From assembly GCA_037447605.1 (NCBI GenBank), contig CM074820.1:434001-498000 (forward strand): 64,000 nt of DNA. Reading direction: 5' to 3'. The translations under genes and the position numbers were made by a program. The stretch is from Zygnema circumcarinatum SAG 698-1b (lineage: Eukaryota > Plantae > Zygnematophyceae). A model generated the notes under the pieces. The model searched no databases. It saw only the letters and a program-made list of their open reading frames with translations, and was not told the origin of the DNA. This document shows, in pieces, positions 49,452 to 64,000 of this stretch (position 1 is its first letter; each line of letters starts with the position of its first letter).

Positions 49452-50417
49452 TGTTAGTGTTAGTGTGCTATAGTTAGACATTGTACGGGTTCACACTAAC
49501 ATTGTTGTGGTCCTCAGTTGGGAAACATGAGATCTGCTAGTAGTGTTCCTAGGAAATACGGTCGGGCCAAATGTCGGTGGCCCGTACGCTTTTCGGGCGC
49601 GGAGGATGTCGGTGATGTCGGCGGAACCGCGTCAGACCCTTAGTGCGGTCCGCGGACTGTGACGAGGTCAACTACGGAGGAGACCGAGTCAGCAGCCACG
49701 CGGACAAGTGTGAACGGCGCGGAAATGCGACGACGGAGATTTCGTCGCGGACGGCGCGAATGTGTACGGTGCGCGCGAAACGAACATGCGCGCGCGGGCG
49801 GCGGACGCGTACGGACGGGCGGCGGAAGTTCTGCGCTCGAACGGACGACAAGTTCAGATGGGCGGCGGAACTGTACGGACGACCTGACTAGGTCGGTGCT
49901 GGCGTAGGTTTACGAAAGACCGCAAAGCTGGATGTTGAACGCGTACCTGGCTGCTGAACGCATGAGGGCGGCCGTGACGTGACATCGGTCAACAAGGAAG
50001 ATGTCACGTAACACGGCCATGGCGGTATATAGGGTTTAGCTTTGTTATGAAGGATACCCACATTAGCCTACTGTAGTCCCGTGACTTATTCTGTGCCTGC
50101 TCGTGTTGCTGGGCTGCCCTGCTTGTGTCGCAAGGTAGTGAGTAAGGGGAGAAGTAGCTAGTGAGAGGGGGAGAACTTCATGTGGGTGACATTCTTATTA
50201 TAAAGGAGTTTTAGAGCCGTGAGCTTTCTCCTATACTCTCTCGTGTGTGATTTCCGCTGTGCTCGTCTCTGCGTTCATTCTGTGAGTTATGGGCTATGAG
50301 TGAAGTGAGATAGAGTGAGAGAGAGTGAAGATGTCTTCATCGGTGGGAACCGGAGTTCCAATGGAGGGCGACACGCGAGGTGGCGCCGGGAGCAGCGAGC
50401 AGATCCATGCTCCAACA
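49452..50417 (+). repeat. 3' LTR of copia element
   Basis: Follows the PPT, ends tccaaca and is followed by the TSD ttata. Confidence 0.95.
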
Positions 50418-51759
50418 TTATATGCCTGTTGCTTACGCTATAAGCAAACGAACAAACATGCAAACACGGTACAAACATGCCGTTTCGGGCATTGTCAACC
50501 GACAATCACAATCCCGCAATTACGAACATCGTACAAAAAAGGACCACATCCAGGGCTCCATAGCCTGTTGCCGGTTTTGTGCCGGTACCTGCGGACGCCG
50601 GCGACAAAGCCATGACGGTTATCTATAAACATCGTGAATATTTCATCTTCCCCGTTTTACGCCCTCCTATTGATCCATTTTCTTTACACTTCCAATAAGA
50701 GTTGTTGCTGGCCGACATTCGAGGATCCTCCGGATCACGAGGATGGAACATGGAGTGGAGTGAAGGGAAGAATGGTGGAAAAATGAAGGAAGAAAAGGAT
50801 GAAGAAGAAACATCGAGAATGGAAAGAGCAGAATGGTGGAGGGGGGAAGGAAAAAAAGGAAGGGAAGTAACATGGAGTGTGATGAAGGGGAGAATGGTGG
50901 AAGGAAGAAGGAAGAAAAAGGAGGAAGGAATTAGATTGTAGTGAAAAGGAAAATGGTGGAAGGGAGAAGGAAGAAACAGGGGGAGACAGGAACATGGAGT
51001 GTGGTGAAGGGGAGAATGATGGAAGTGAGAAGGAAGAAAAAGGGGGAGGAAGGAAAATGGAGTGTGTAAAGGGAAGAATGGTGGAAGGGAGAAGGAAGAA
51101 AGAGGAGAGGTTGTTAATGAAAGATGAAGGCTACTAACTAACAAGTCAGCCCGTCAGTCTGTCAGTTTGTCGGCCAGTCTGTGAGTCCGTCTGTCAGTCT
51201 GTCGGCCAGTCTGTGAGTCTGTCTTTCTGTCAATCTGTCTGTCAGTCTGTCGGTCAGTCTGTGAGTCCGTCCGTCAATCACTTTGTCAGTCTGTCGGCCA
51301 GTCCACCAGTCCTCTGGACTTTAAAGACTGGTCATATGGAAATTTTGGAAATTATGGAAATTCTGGAAATTTTGGAAATTATGGAAATTATGGAAATAAG
51401 GTTCGTTCTTACGCTTACTTTCAAGTATTGCATAGCAAATAACCCTGGATTGATTTCAGAAGGACCCGGTCCTGGAGATAATGATGTTCGGAAAGATCGA
51501 AAAACGTCAGTGATATATGATTATAATAAAAAAAGGTTCATATGTACGCTATCACTCATGTGTAGTATAGCAAATAACCCTGGATTGATTTCAGAAGGAC
51601 CCGGTCCTGGAGATAATGATGTTCGGAAAGATCGAAAAACGTCAAAATATATGATCCTAATCAAAAAAGGTTCGTACTTCACATTCCCATTCTTCACATT
51701 TTCTTCTTCACCTTTTTTTTTCTTTTCTTTTTCTTCCTTTCTTGTTGTTTTTTTTTTTC

Positions 51760-51772
51760 TGTATGTGAATGT

Positions 51773-51811
<39 letters not shown>

Positions 51812-54120
51812 TTTGTGTGTATGTATTTGCGTGTGTGACTTTTACAAACAAAAAAAAAAAAAAAAATCAAACTAATTAATACAACATAAGGCCTCATGTT
51901 GTTATATTTAGATTGATTATGTTTTTTTTTTTTTAACTGTAAAGACAGAATGAGGCCTCATTCTGTCGTCGCAGTTTGTGTGTGGTTTTTTTTTGGTTTG
52001 TTGTAATATTTAAATTGTTTTTTTTCCCTGTGACTGTGTTTGTGTGTGTGTTAATTTGTTTTGTGTTTTTTTAAACAAAAAAAAAAAAAAAAAGAACACT
52101 CTCAATATTACAACATCAGGCCAAATGTTGTAATATTAAGATTGTTTTTTTCTTTTTTTTTTCCCTGTGACTTTTTTTCTTTTTTCTTTGTTTTTGTTTG
52201 TGTGTTTTTGTGTGTGTGTCTTTGTGTGTATGTATTTGCGTGTGTGACTTTTACAAACAAAAAAAAAAGACATCTCAATATTACAACATCAGGCCAAATG
52301 TTGTAATATTAAGATTGTTTTTTTTCCCTGTGACTGTGTTTGTGTGTGTGTGTATTTGCGTGTGTGACTTTTACAAAAAAAAAAAAAAAAAAAGAATACT
52401 CTCAATATTACAACATCAGGCCAAATGTTATAATATTAAGATTGTTTTTTTTTTTTTTTTTCCTTCTGTGACTGTGTTTGTGTGTGTGTGTGTATTTGCG
52501 TGTGTGACTTTTACAAACAAAAAAAAAAAAAAAAAAAAATCAAACTAATTAATACAACATGAGGCCTCATGTTGTAATATTTAGATTGATTATGTTTTTT
52601 TTTTTTCTTTTTCTGTGAGTGTGAATGTGTGTGGGTGTGTGTGTGTTGTGTGTATTTGCGTGTGTGACTTTTACAAAAAAAAAAAAAAAAAAAAAAAAAT
52701 CAAACTAATTAATACAACATGAGGCTTCATGTTGTAATATTTAGATTGTTTTTTTCTTTTTTTTTTCCTTGTGACTGTGTTTGTGTGTGTTTGTGTATTT
52801 GCGTGTGTGACTTTTACAAACAAAAAAAAAAAAAAAAGAACACTCTCAATATTACAACATCAGGCCAAATGTTGTAATATTAAGATTGTTTTTTTCTTTT
52901 TTTTTTCCCTGTGACTGTGTTTGTGTGTGTGTGTATTTGCGTGTGTGACTTTTACAAACAAAAAAAAAAAAAAAAAAAAAATCAAACTAATTAATACAAC
53001 ATGAGGCCTCATGTTGTAATATTTAGATTGATTATGTTTTTTTTTTTTTTTTTTTCCCTGTGACTGTGTTTGTGTGTGTGTGTATTTGCGTGTGTGACTT
53101 TTACAAACAAAAAAAAAAAAAAAAAAAAATCAAACTAATTAATACAACATGAGGCTTCATGTTGTAATATTTAGATTGTTTTTTTCTTTTTTTTTTCCTT
53201 GTTACTGTGTTTGTGTGTGTTTGTGTATTTGCGTGTGTGACTTTTACAAAAAAAAAAAAAAAAAAGAATACTCTCAATATTACAACATCAGGCCAAATGT
53301 TATAATATTAAGATTGTTTTTTTTTTTTTTTTCCCTGTGACTGTGTTTGTGTGTGTGTGTATTTGCGTGTGTGACTTTTACAAACAAAAAAAAAAAAAAA
53401 AACACTCTCAATATTACAACATCAGGCCAAATGTTGTAATATTTAGATTGTTTTTTTCTTTTTTTTTTCCTTGTTACTGTGTTTGTGTATGTGTGTGTAT
53501 TTGCGTGTGTGACTTTTACAAACAAAAAAAAAAAAAAAAAAAATCAAACTAATTAATACAACATGAGGCCTCATGTTGTAATATTTAGATTGATTATGTT
53601 TTTTTTTTTTTTGATTTTTTTTAAACAAACAAAAAAAAAAAAGAACACTCTCAATATTACAACATCAGGCCAAATGTTATAATATTAAGATTGTTTTTTT
53701 TTTTTTTTTTCCCTGTGACTGTGTTTGTGTGTGTGTGTATTTGCGTGTGTGACTTTTACAAAAAAAAAAAAAAAAAAAGAACACTCTCATATTACAACAT
53801 CAGGCCAAATGTTGTAATATTAAGATTGTTTTTTTTTTTTTTCCCTGTGACTATGTTTGTGTGTGTGTGTATTTGCGTGTGTGAATTTTACAAAAAAAAA
53901 AAAAAAAAAAAAACACTCTCAATATTACAACATCAGGCCAAATGTTGTAATATTAAGATTGTTTTTTTTTTTTTTTTTTTTTGTGTGACTGTGTTTGTGT
54001 GTGTGTGTGTATTTGCGTGTGTGACTTTTACAAAAAAAAAAAAAAAAAAAAAAAAAATCAAACTAATTAATACAACATGAGGCTTCATGTTGTAATATTT
54101 AGATTGATTATGTTTTTTTT
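51760..54120. repeat. Tandem array of about 16 hairpin-forming units (mean period about 146 bp)
   Basis: Unit: (GT)-rich segment, gacttttaca, A-tract, then palindrome aatattacaacat-caggccaa-atgttgtaatatt or tacaacatgaggcctcatgttgta, then T-tract. Confidence 0.9.
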
Positions 54121-55339
54121 TGGTTTTTTTCCCATTTTAGGGCTACGTGGCAACACCTGACTGGATAAGCATTTGATCCGACGAAACGCACAACCAATCA
54201 GGACGCGCGACGTGGCAACGTCAGACTCGCGGCAACTATACCCCATTTTCATTAAATTCAACATTCACAAACTAACCGAATCCGTACACCACATAAAACA
54301 TCAAAATCGAACGCCGTCGTACATAGAAAACGACACGTGGCAATGCCAGAATAAGTACGCAATATACCCCATTTTCTGCGCATTCGATCCAATGAAACGC
54401 ACAACCAATCAGGACGCGCGACGTGGCAACGTCAGACTCGCGGCAACTATACCCCATTTTCATTAAATTCATCATTCACAAACTAACCGAATCCGTACAC
54501 CACATAAAACATCAAAATCAAACGCCGTCGTACATAGAAAACGACACGTGGCAATGCCAGAATAAGTACGCAACATACCCCATTTTCTGCGCATTCGATC
54601 CAATGAAACGCACAACCAATCAGGACGCGCGACGTGGCAACGTCAGACTCGCGGCAACTATACCCCATTTTCATTAAATTAATCTTTCACAACATAATCG
54701 AACCCGTCGTACGGATCAAAACGATGGCAAAGCTTTTGCCTACGGCAACGCAAAAATTCTGCCCGACGGAAAACGGGTGTGTGCCGATTCCAAAAAAAGT
54801 GTGAAAGGAGCATTTTCTGCTGTTAATCCTTTTTTTACTATTGTAAAATCTGCCCAGCGAAAAAAGGTCTGTGTGTAGACAAAAAAGGTGTGAGAATAGA
54901 ATTTTCCACCCTAAAACCCTAAAACCCTTAAAACCCGTACTATCCGTACTAGCCGTACTAGCCGTACTAGCTATACTAGCCGTTACGGGCTTACGCAAAA
55001 CTCACCTAATCTCCCCGCACGTGGCGCCGTAAGAGGCGCTCGCTCTTCTCCCCTTCGTCTTGACTTCGATACGATACGATACGATACGACATGCCCAGAT
55101 ACGGTACTATCCGTACGAGCTATTGTAGCCGATATGGTACGATTCGGTACGATATTACAACAAACGACACGATACGATACGTACGGACCTACATGAACAC
55201 TAACATAATTCCGCTCGCCTATTGGTAACACGGACCTTCTATTTGCCAAAAACAATATTTTCGCCCGGTATTTGCCGAAACCAGGTGGAAAATATGACGA
55301 GGACCCCCTGTATGCAGTAGTCCCCCCAAATTACTTTCG

Positions 55340-56021
55340 GGAAACGACTATTTACAGTGACCTTGTTCTGAATGTAGTGTACTTTTTCGTCGGGCAGCTT
55401 GTACAAAGGATTTTTTTTGCGAAAAATGCTGTTTCATACTTTTCAGAATAGATACAGACCTTTTTTTGTCGGATGTACGGATGGTGATTTGAACGAAGCG
55501 CCCGCGTGTACGAGGTAAAAGGGCGCAACACGATGATTGGTCGCGGCAACATATGACGTGACAAGTATGTTTGGGACCGTGACGTGACGAAACGAGACGC
55601 GAAAAAAGTGGAATCCGCGGACGGCAGTCGGAAATGGCGGGAATTAAAACTGACAGAAAATGGTCAGTCAGTAAAGTAAGTCAGTGGTGCATTGGTGGTA
55701 AAGTCTGTCAGTTTTAATTCCCGCCATTTCCGACTGCCGTCCGCGGACTCCACTTTTTTCGCGTCTCGTTTCATCACGTCACGGTCCCAAACATACTTGT
55801 CACGTCATATGTTGCCGCGACCAATCATCGTGTTGCGCCCTTATACCTCGTAGACGCGCGCGCTTCGTTCAAATCACCATCCGTACATCCGACGAAAAAA
55901 GGTCTGTATCTATTCTGAAAAGTATGAAACAGCATTTTTCGCAAAAAAAATCCTTTGTACAAGCTGCCCAATGAAAAAGTACACTACATTCAGAACAAGG
56001 ACACTGTAAATAGTCGTTTCC
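55340..56021. mobile_element. 682-bp hairpin MITE-like element with 8-bp TSD
   Basis: Arms 55340-55657 and 55704-56021 are near-perfect reverse complements; flanked by TACTTTCG at 55332-55339 and 56022-56029. Confidence 0.8.
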
Positions 56022-56371
56022 TACTTTCGCCCCTTATATTTTCGCTACCCAATATTTTCGGAAAATGATACAGGCGCCCCACTTTTTGGATATCAGCGCC
56101 CCCTTTCGGGAAAAAACTGTACTTTCATTTTGGCTAATCACGGCCCCCCCTTGGATCTTTCGGGAGGAGAGATCTTGATCGACAATCGGACCCCGCGCCT
56201 CGCGCGCAGGATCCGACCGTGCACCGACGTACGGCGCCGCGCATCGCGGCGCGGCCCGCGAGATGCGGTGAGCCTACGGAAACGTTGTCCTCACCTGACC
56301 CTTTTGGGTCAGAGGTTGCTACGTGGCAGTCTACCATTGGACAGCCCTGCTGCCGATCCCCCATGCCGATA

Positions 56372-57740
56372 CAGTGGACCCCCATAATATTTTCCACCTT
56401 GTACAGTGCGTCCCCAAGAAATTCGCCCCGATTTTGCCGAAACCACCTTTTTGTACGGTAACTCAATGTAAACGTAGGGTAGTGATATTTCCACCCCTTT
56501 TTTGGATCCAAACACCCCTTCCCGGCCGGGCAGATTTCAAAAGGGATTAAAAACGGAAAATGATTTTTTCACACCTTTTTGGAATCGATACCCACCTTCT
56601 TCAGTCGGCTGATTTTATTTTTGCTAACCAACGAAAATGATAACCCGTCACTGCATTTTGAATACTGTATCCCGCCTCCCTGAATTTTTTTTTGAGGGAA
56701 AGAAATATCTGCCTGCCCGAATCCGCTCGAAGCGGAAGATCCGTCCGCCACGAGATCGCTCGCGGGTCCTTCACACGTGCGTGTCAATCGCATCTGTCGA
56801 TTCCCTCGCAGATCGCACCACTGCAGATCACCGTTCGATCTGCAGCCGGGCTCGATCTCAGCGAATGGAAAGCGCCCACGAGTCCCGTCAAAGCCGGATC
56901 GCACGTACGAGTGCGCGCGTCCCTCGGCCCGAGATCTCGTCACTGTTAGTTCTCAGCCAATGAAAATCTGCCACGTGTTATATTTTTGACGTGGAAAATT
57001 TTGATTGGTCCAAGCTCTCAATGTACGAAATTCTGGGTTCCTCAAGTTGTGACCTTACGAAATTTGTACGAACAAACTTTTGAGACGAGTTTGGCGGGAT
57101 ACGTGGGCACGGGCCATTCGCTGTGACCGAGCCCGGCTGCAGATCGAATAGTGATCTGCCGTGTTGCGATCTGCGAGGGAATCGACGGCTGCGATGACCG
57201 CACGCGTGAAAAAAAATCAGGTAGGCGGGCTATTCAAAATGGGGTGACGGGTTATCATTTTCCTTGTTTCGCAAAAATAAAATCTGCCGATGGAGGGTGA
57301 GTATCGATTCCAAAAAGGTGTGAAAAAAGCATTTTCCGTTTTTAATCCTTTTTGAAATCTGCCCGGCCGGGAAGGGGTGTTTGGATCCAAAAAAGGGGTG
57401 GAAATATCACTACCCGTTAACGTATTAGGGGTGTTAACCTAACCTGACCTATTCTCCAATACAAAATCTGTTAATCGAAACGGATTTCAAACATGGGTCA
57501 CGCTTTTACGCTGTACGTTAAGTACGAATAGAATCTCTAAATCATACGGTATATGTACGGCACCAATAGGAGCTCGTGTATCTAAAGCACGGTACGATAC
57601 GATACGATACGTACGGACAGACATGAACTCTAACATAATACCGCTCGCCTATTGGTAACACGGACCTTATATTTGCAAATTACAATATTTTCGCCCAGTA
57701 TTTGCCGAAACCATGTCGAAAATATTATGGGGGTCCACTG
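56372..57740. mobile_element. pogo/Tigger-like MITE interrupted by a foldback element
   Basis: TA|CAGTGGACCCCCATAATATTTTC... and ...GAAAATATTATGGGGGTCCACTG|TA; internal modules match the 58282-58877 MITE. Confidence 0.7.
56477..57415. mobile_element. Mutator-like (GGG...CCC) foldback element, about 940 bp
   Basis: TIRs over 200 bp starting GGGTAGTGATATTTCCACCCC; flanks GTAAACGTA (56468-56476) and GTTAACGTA (57416-57424) give a 9-bp TSD with one mismatch; inner arms homologous to the 42246-42834 core. Confidence 0.75.
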
Positions 57741-58281
57741 TATCAGCATGGGGGACCGGCAGCAGGGCTGTCCAATGGTAGACTGCCACGTAGCAACCTC
57801 TGACCCAAACGGGTCAGGTGAGGACAACGTTTCCGTAGGCTCGCCGCATCTCGCGGGCCGCGCCGCGATGCGCGGCGCCGTACGTCGGTGCACGGTCGGA
57901 TCCTGCGCGCGAGGCGCGGGGTCCGATTGTCGATCAAGATCTCTGCTCCCGAAAGATCCAAGGGGGGGCCGTGATTAGCCAAAATGAAAGTACAGTTTTT
58001 TCCCGAAAGGGGGCGCGGATATCCAAAAAGTGGGGCGCCTGTATCATTTTCCGAAAATATTGGGTAGCGAAAATACAAAGGGCGAAAGTAGGAAACGACT
58101 ATTTACAGTGTCCTTGTTCTGAATGTAGTGTACTTTTTCGCTGGGCAGCTTGTTGGGCGAATTTCTTGGGGAACGCAAGAGGGTGGAAAATATGAGGGGG
58201 GGGCTACTGTAGTGGTACTAGCCATACTAGCCGTACTAGCCGTACTATTCGTACTATCCGTACTACCTGTACTAGCCGTTA

Positions 58282-58877
58282 CAGTAGGACCCCGTCATAT
58301 TTTCCACCATCAAAAGTGCGTCCCCAAGAAATTCGCCCCGATTTTGCCGAAACCACCTTTTTGTACGGTTACTTGTGTTAGCCGTACTATTCGTACTAAC
58401 CGTACTAGCCGTACTAATTGTACTAACCGTACTTCCCGTACTAGCTGTACTAGCCGTCACGGGCTTACGCAAAACTCACCTATTCTCCCCGCACGTGCCG
58501 CCGTAAGAGGCGCTCGCTCTTCTCCACTTCTTCTTGGTTTCGATACGATACGATACACCCCGATACGGTACTATCCGTACTAGCCGTACGAGCTGTAGTA
58601 GCCGTTACGGGCTCGAAGCTTTTTGGTTTGCTGCCTCAGTAAACGCTAAGGCGTGCTTCATGTACTGTATGCTGTTAGCCACGATACGATACGGTACGAT
58701 GCGGTGCGATACGACAGCAAACGATACGATATGGTGAGATACGATACGTACGGACCTACATGAACTCTAACATAATTCCGCTCACCTATTGGTAACACGG
58801 ACCTTATATTTGCCAAATACAATATTTTCGCCCGATTTTTGCCAAATGTAGGTGGAAAATATGACGGGGTCCTACTG
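58282..58877. mobile_element. 596-bp pogo/Tigger-like MITE (uninterrupted family member)
   Basis: Perfect 27-bp TIR CAGTAGGACCCCGTCATATTTTCCACC with TA on both flanks; internal (ccgtacta)n and (gatac)n subrepeats. Confidence 0.85.
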
Positions 58878-59540
58878 TACGGTCTTAAGCAAAACTCACC
58901 GAATCTTCCCACGTGCCACGGTACGAGGCGCTCACTTTTACGATATGATACGATACGGTATGATTTGTACGGACAAACAGTAACTCTAACATAATACGGC
59001 CCGCCACTTGTTAAAATGGACACCCTTACATTTTCGCTACCCAATATTTGCCGAATCATATCGAAAATATTGGGGGGGGGGCCTACTGTGGGTACCACCT
59101 CATGATGGTACAGTTTTTTTGTCGTATGTGACAGGGACTGAGACTTAGTTTTTAATACCGAAAAATGAACTTCCTTAAAAAGAAGTGCAGAAAAGTGCTC
59201 AACAAAACTCTCATCACTTCACGGAGCAAGCTCCCTCCCTGCCCTGCAAACCCTAAAAACAAAAGCAGGGAAATGGAAAGAAACGTCAACAGCAGGGAGG
59301 GCCCTCACACTCATCCCGAATTGCACCCCTCAGAAAGAGAAGAATCTAAGGAAAAGAGCAAGCAAAGCAAAGCAAAGCAAGCAACCCCTCTGCGAGATAA
59401 TTCATTCCATGGCTTTAAGAAGAAGGAGGAGCTTCACAAAGACCTAAACTCCTGAAAGAGAGCTTCTCAAACTCCCTCCTGCTTGAAGGAGCTTCCTGCC
59501 TACTGGGCAAAACTTTGAGAGGGAAAACTTCCGAGCCCCT

Positions 59541-63830
<4,290 letters not shown>

Positions 63831-64000
63831 CTGTCAGAAACATCACCTCACAAAAACTAGATCAAAGAGATTCACACTTTTCTTTAATGGAAATAGATAA
63901 CGTAAAGCTAGCCTTTTTGAACATTTATGTAAAAAAATATGAATGTCTCAATGTCTCAATAATTATGGAGCCAGAATCTCATTATCAAACCGAATTCAAC

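Larger units (their letters stand above)
44072..50417 (+). mobile_element. Full-length Ty1/copia LTR retrotransposon, recent insertion
   Basis: 966-bp LTRs 44072-45037 and 49452-50417 (TG...CA, about 5 substitutions by eye); 5-bp TSD TTATA (44067-44071, 50418-50422); PBS TGGTATCAGAGCC 45040-45052 (tRNA-iMet type); PPT AAGAGGGGGA 49441-49450; domain order gag-PR-INT-RT-RH. Confidence 0.97.
37260..54911. mobile_element. Giant modular foldback (imperfect palindrome) centred near 42540
   Basis: Mirrored module pairs: 37270-37720/54170-54770, 37885-37940/54120-54170, 38250-38480/51760-54120, 38520-38950/51410-51730, 39140-39500/51140-51300, 39490-39760/50740-51145, 40360-40410/50480-50530, 40677-40920/43870-44015, 41030-41075/43540-43580, 41200-41450/43185-43445, 41755-42120/42835-43165, and core 42246-42524/42556-42834. 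Confidence 0.8.
37135..55310. mobile_element. Composite non-autonomous DNA transposon: pogo/Tigger-like TIR element containing a giant foldback palindrome and a copia insertion
   Basis: Perfect 28-bp TIRs: CAGGGGGTCCTCGTCATATTTTCCACCT at 37135-37162 and its reverse complement at 55283-55310, each flanked by TA (37133-34, 55311-12). No transposase ORF seen. Confidence 0.75.

Noticed and set aside
50325-50615. Second gag-like ORF
   Set aside because: Only the 3' LTR copy of the gag start, running into flanking DNA.
50623-50760. YWKCK peptide as a FLYWCH/WRKY-type zinc finger of a MULE transposase
   Set aside because: The remaining Cys/His ligands are absent and the ORF is mostly low-complexity.
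51760-54120. CRISPR-like array of palindromic repeats
   Set aside because: Intervening sequences are themselves repeated rather than unique spacers, the context is eukaryotic, and there are no cas genes.

Overview
Eukaryotic, intron-rich draft-assembly window (many 10-N gaps, one 100-N gap) from a streptophyte; a charophyte-grade alga or non-seed plant is my inference from plant-type SAC9, OBERON, MBD and RPN2 genes plus extreme CT/GA intron tracts. Nine spliced genes were reconstructed by eye: SAC9 (+, 5' partial), an uncharacterised plastid-type membrane protein (-), an SGLT/SMIT-like sodium:solute symporter (+), a DUF309 protein (-), a large MBD protein (-), a cytochrome b561 (+), L-threonine aldolase (-), OBERON (-) and ribophorin II (-, 5' partial). 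Between OBERON and RPN2 lies about 22 kb of nested transposon DNA. It includes a recently inserted Ty1/copia element (44072-50417, TTATA TSD) sitting inside a roughly 11-12 kb concentric imperfect palindrome centred near 42540. That palindrome in turn lies inside a TA-flanked pogo/Tigger-like MITE (37135-55310), and further foldback/MITE elements built from the same modules follow it. Top leads: (1) the giant Russian-doll foldback system, with a mini-version repeating the same nesting at 56372-57740; (2) the SGLT-like transporter that keeps the sugar-binding residues but has Gly-His in place of the Na2-site serines, a possible switch away from Na+ coupling. All alignments and residue numbers are by eye or from memory; no searches were run.
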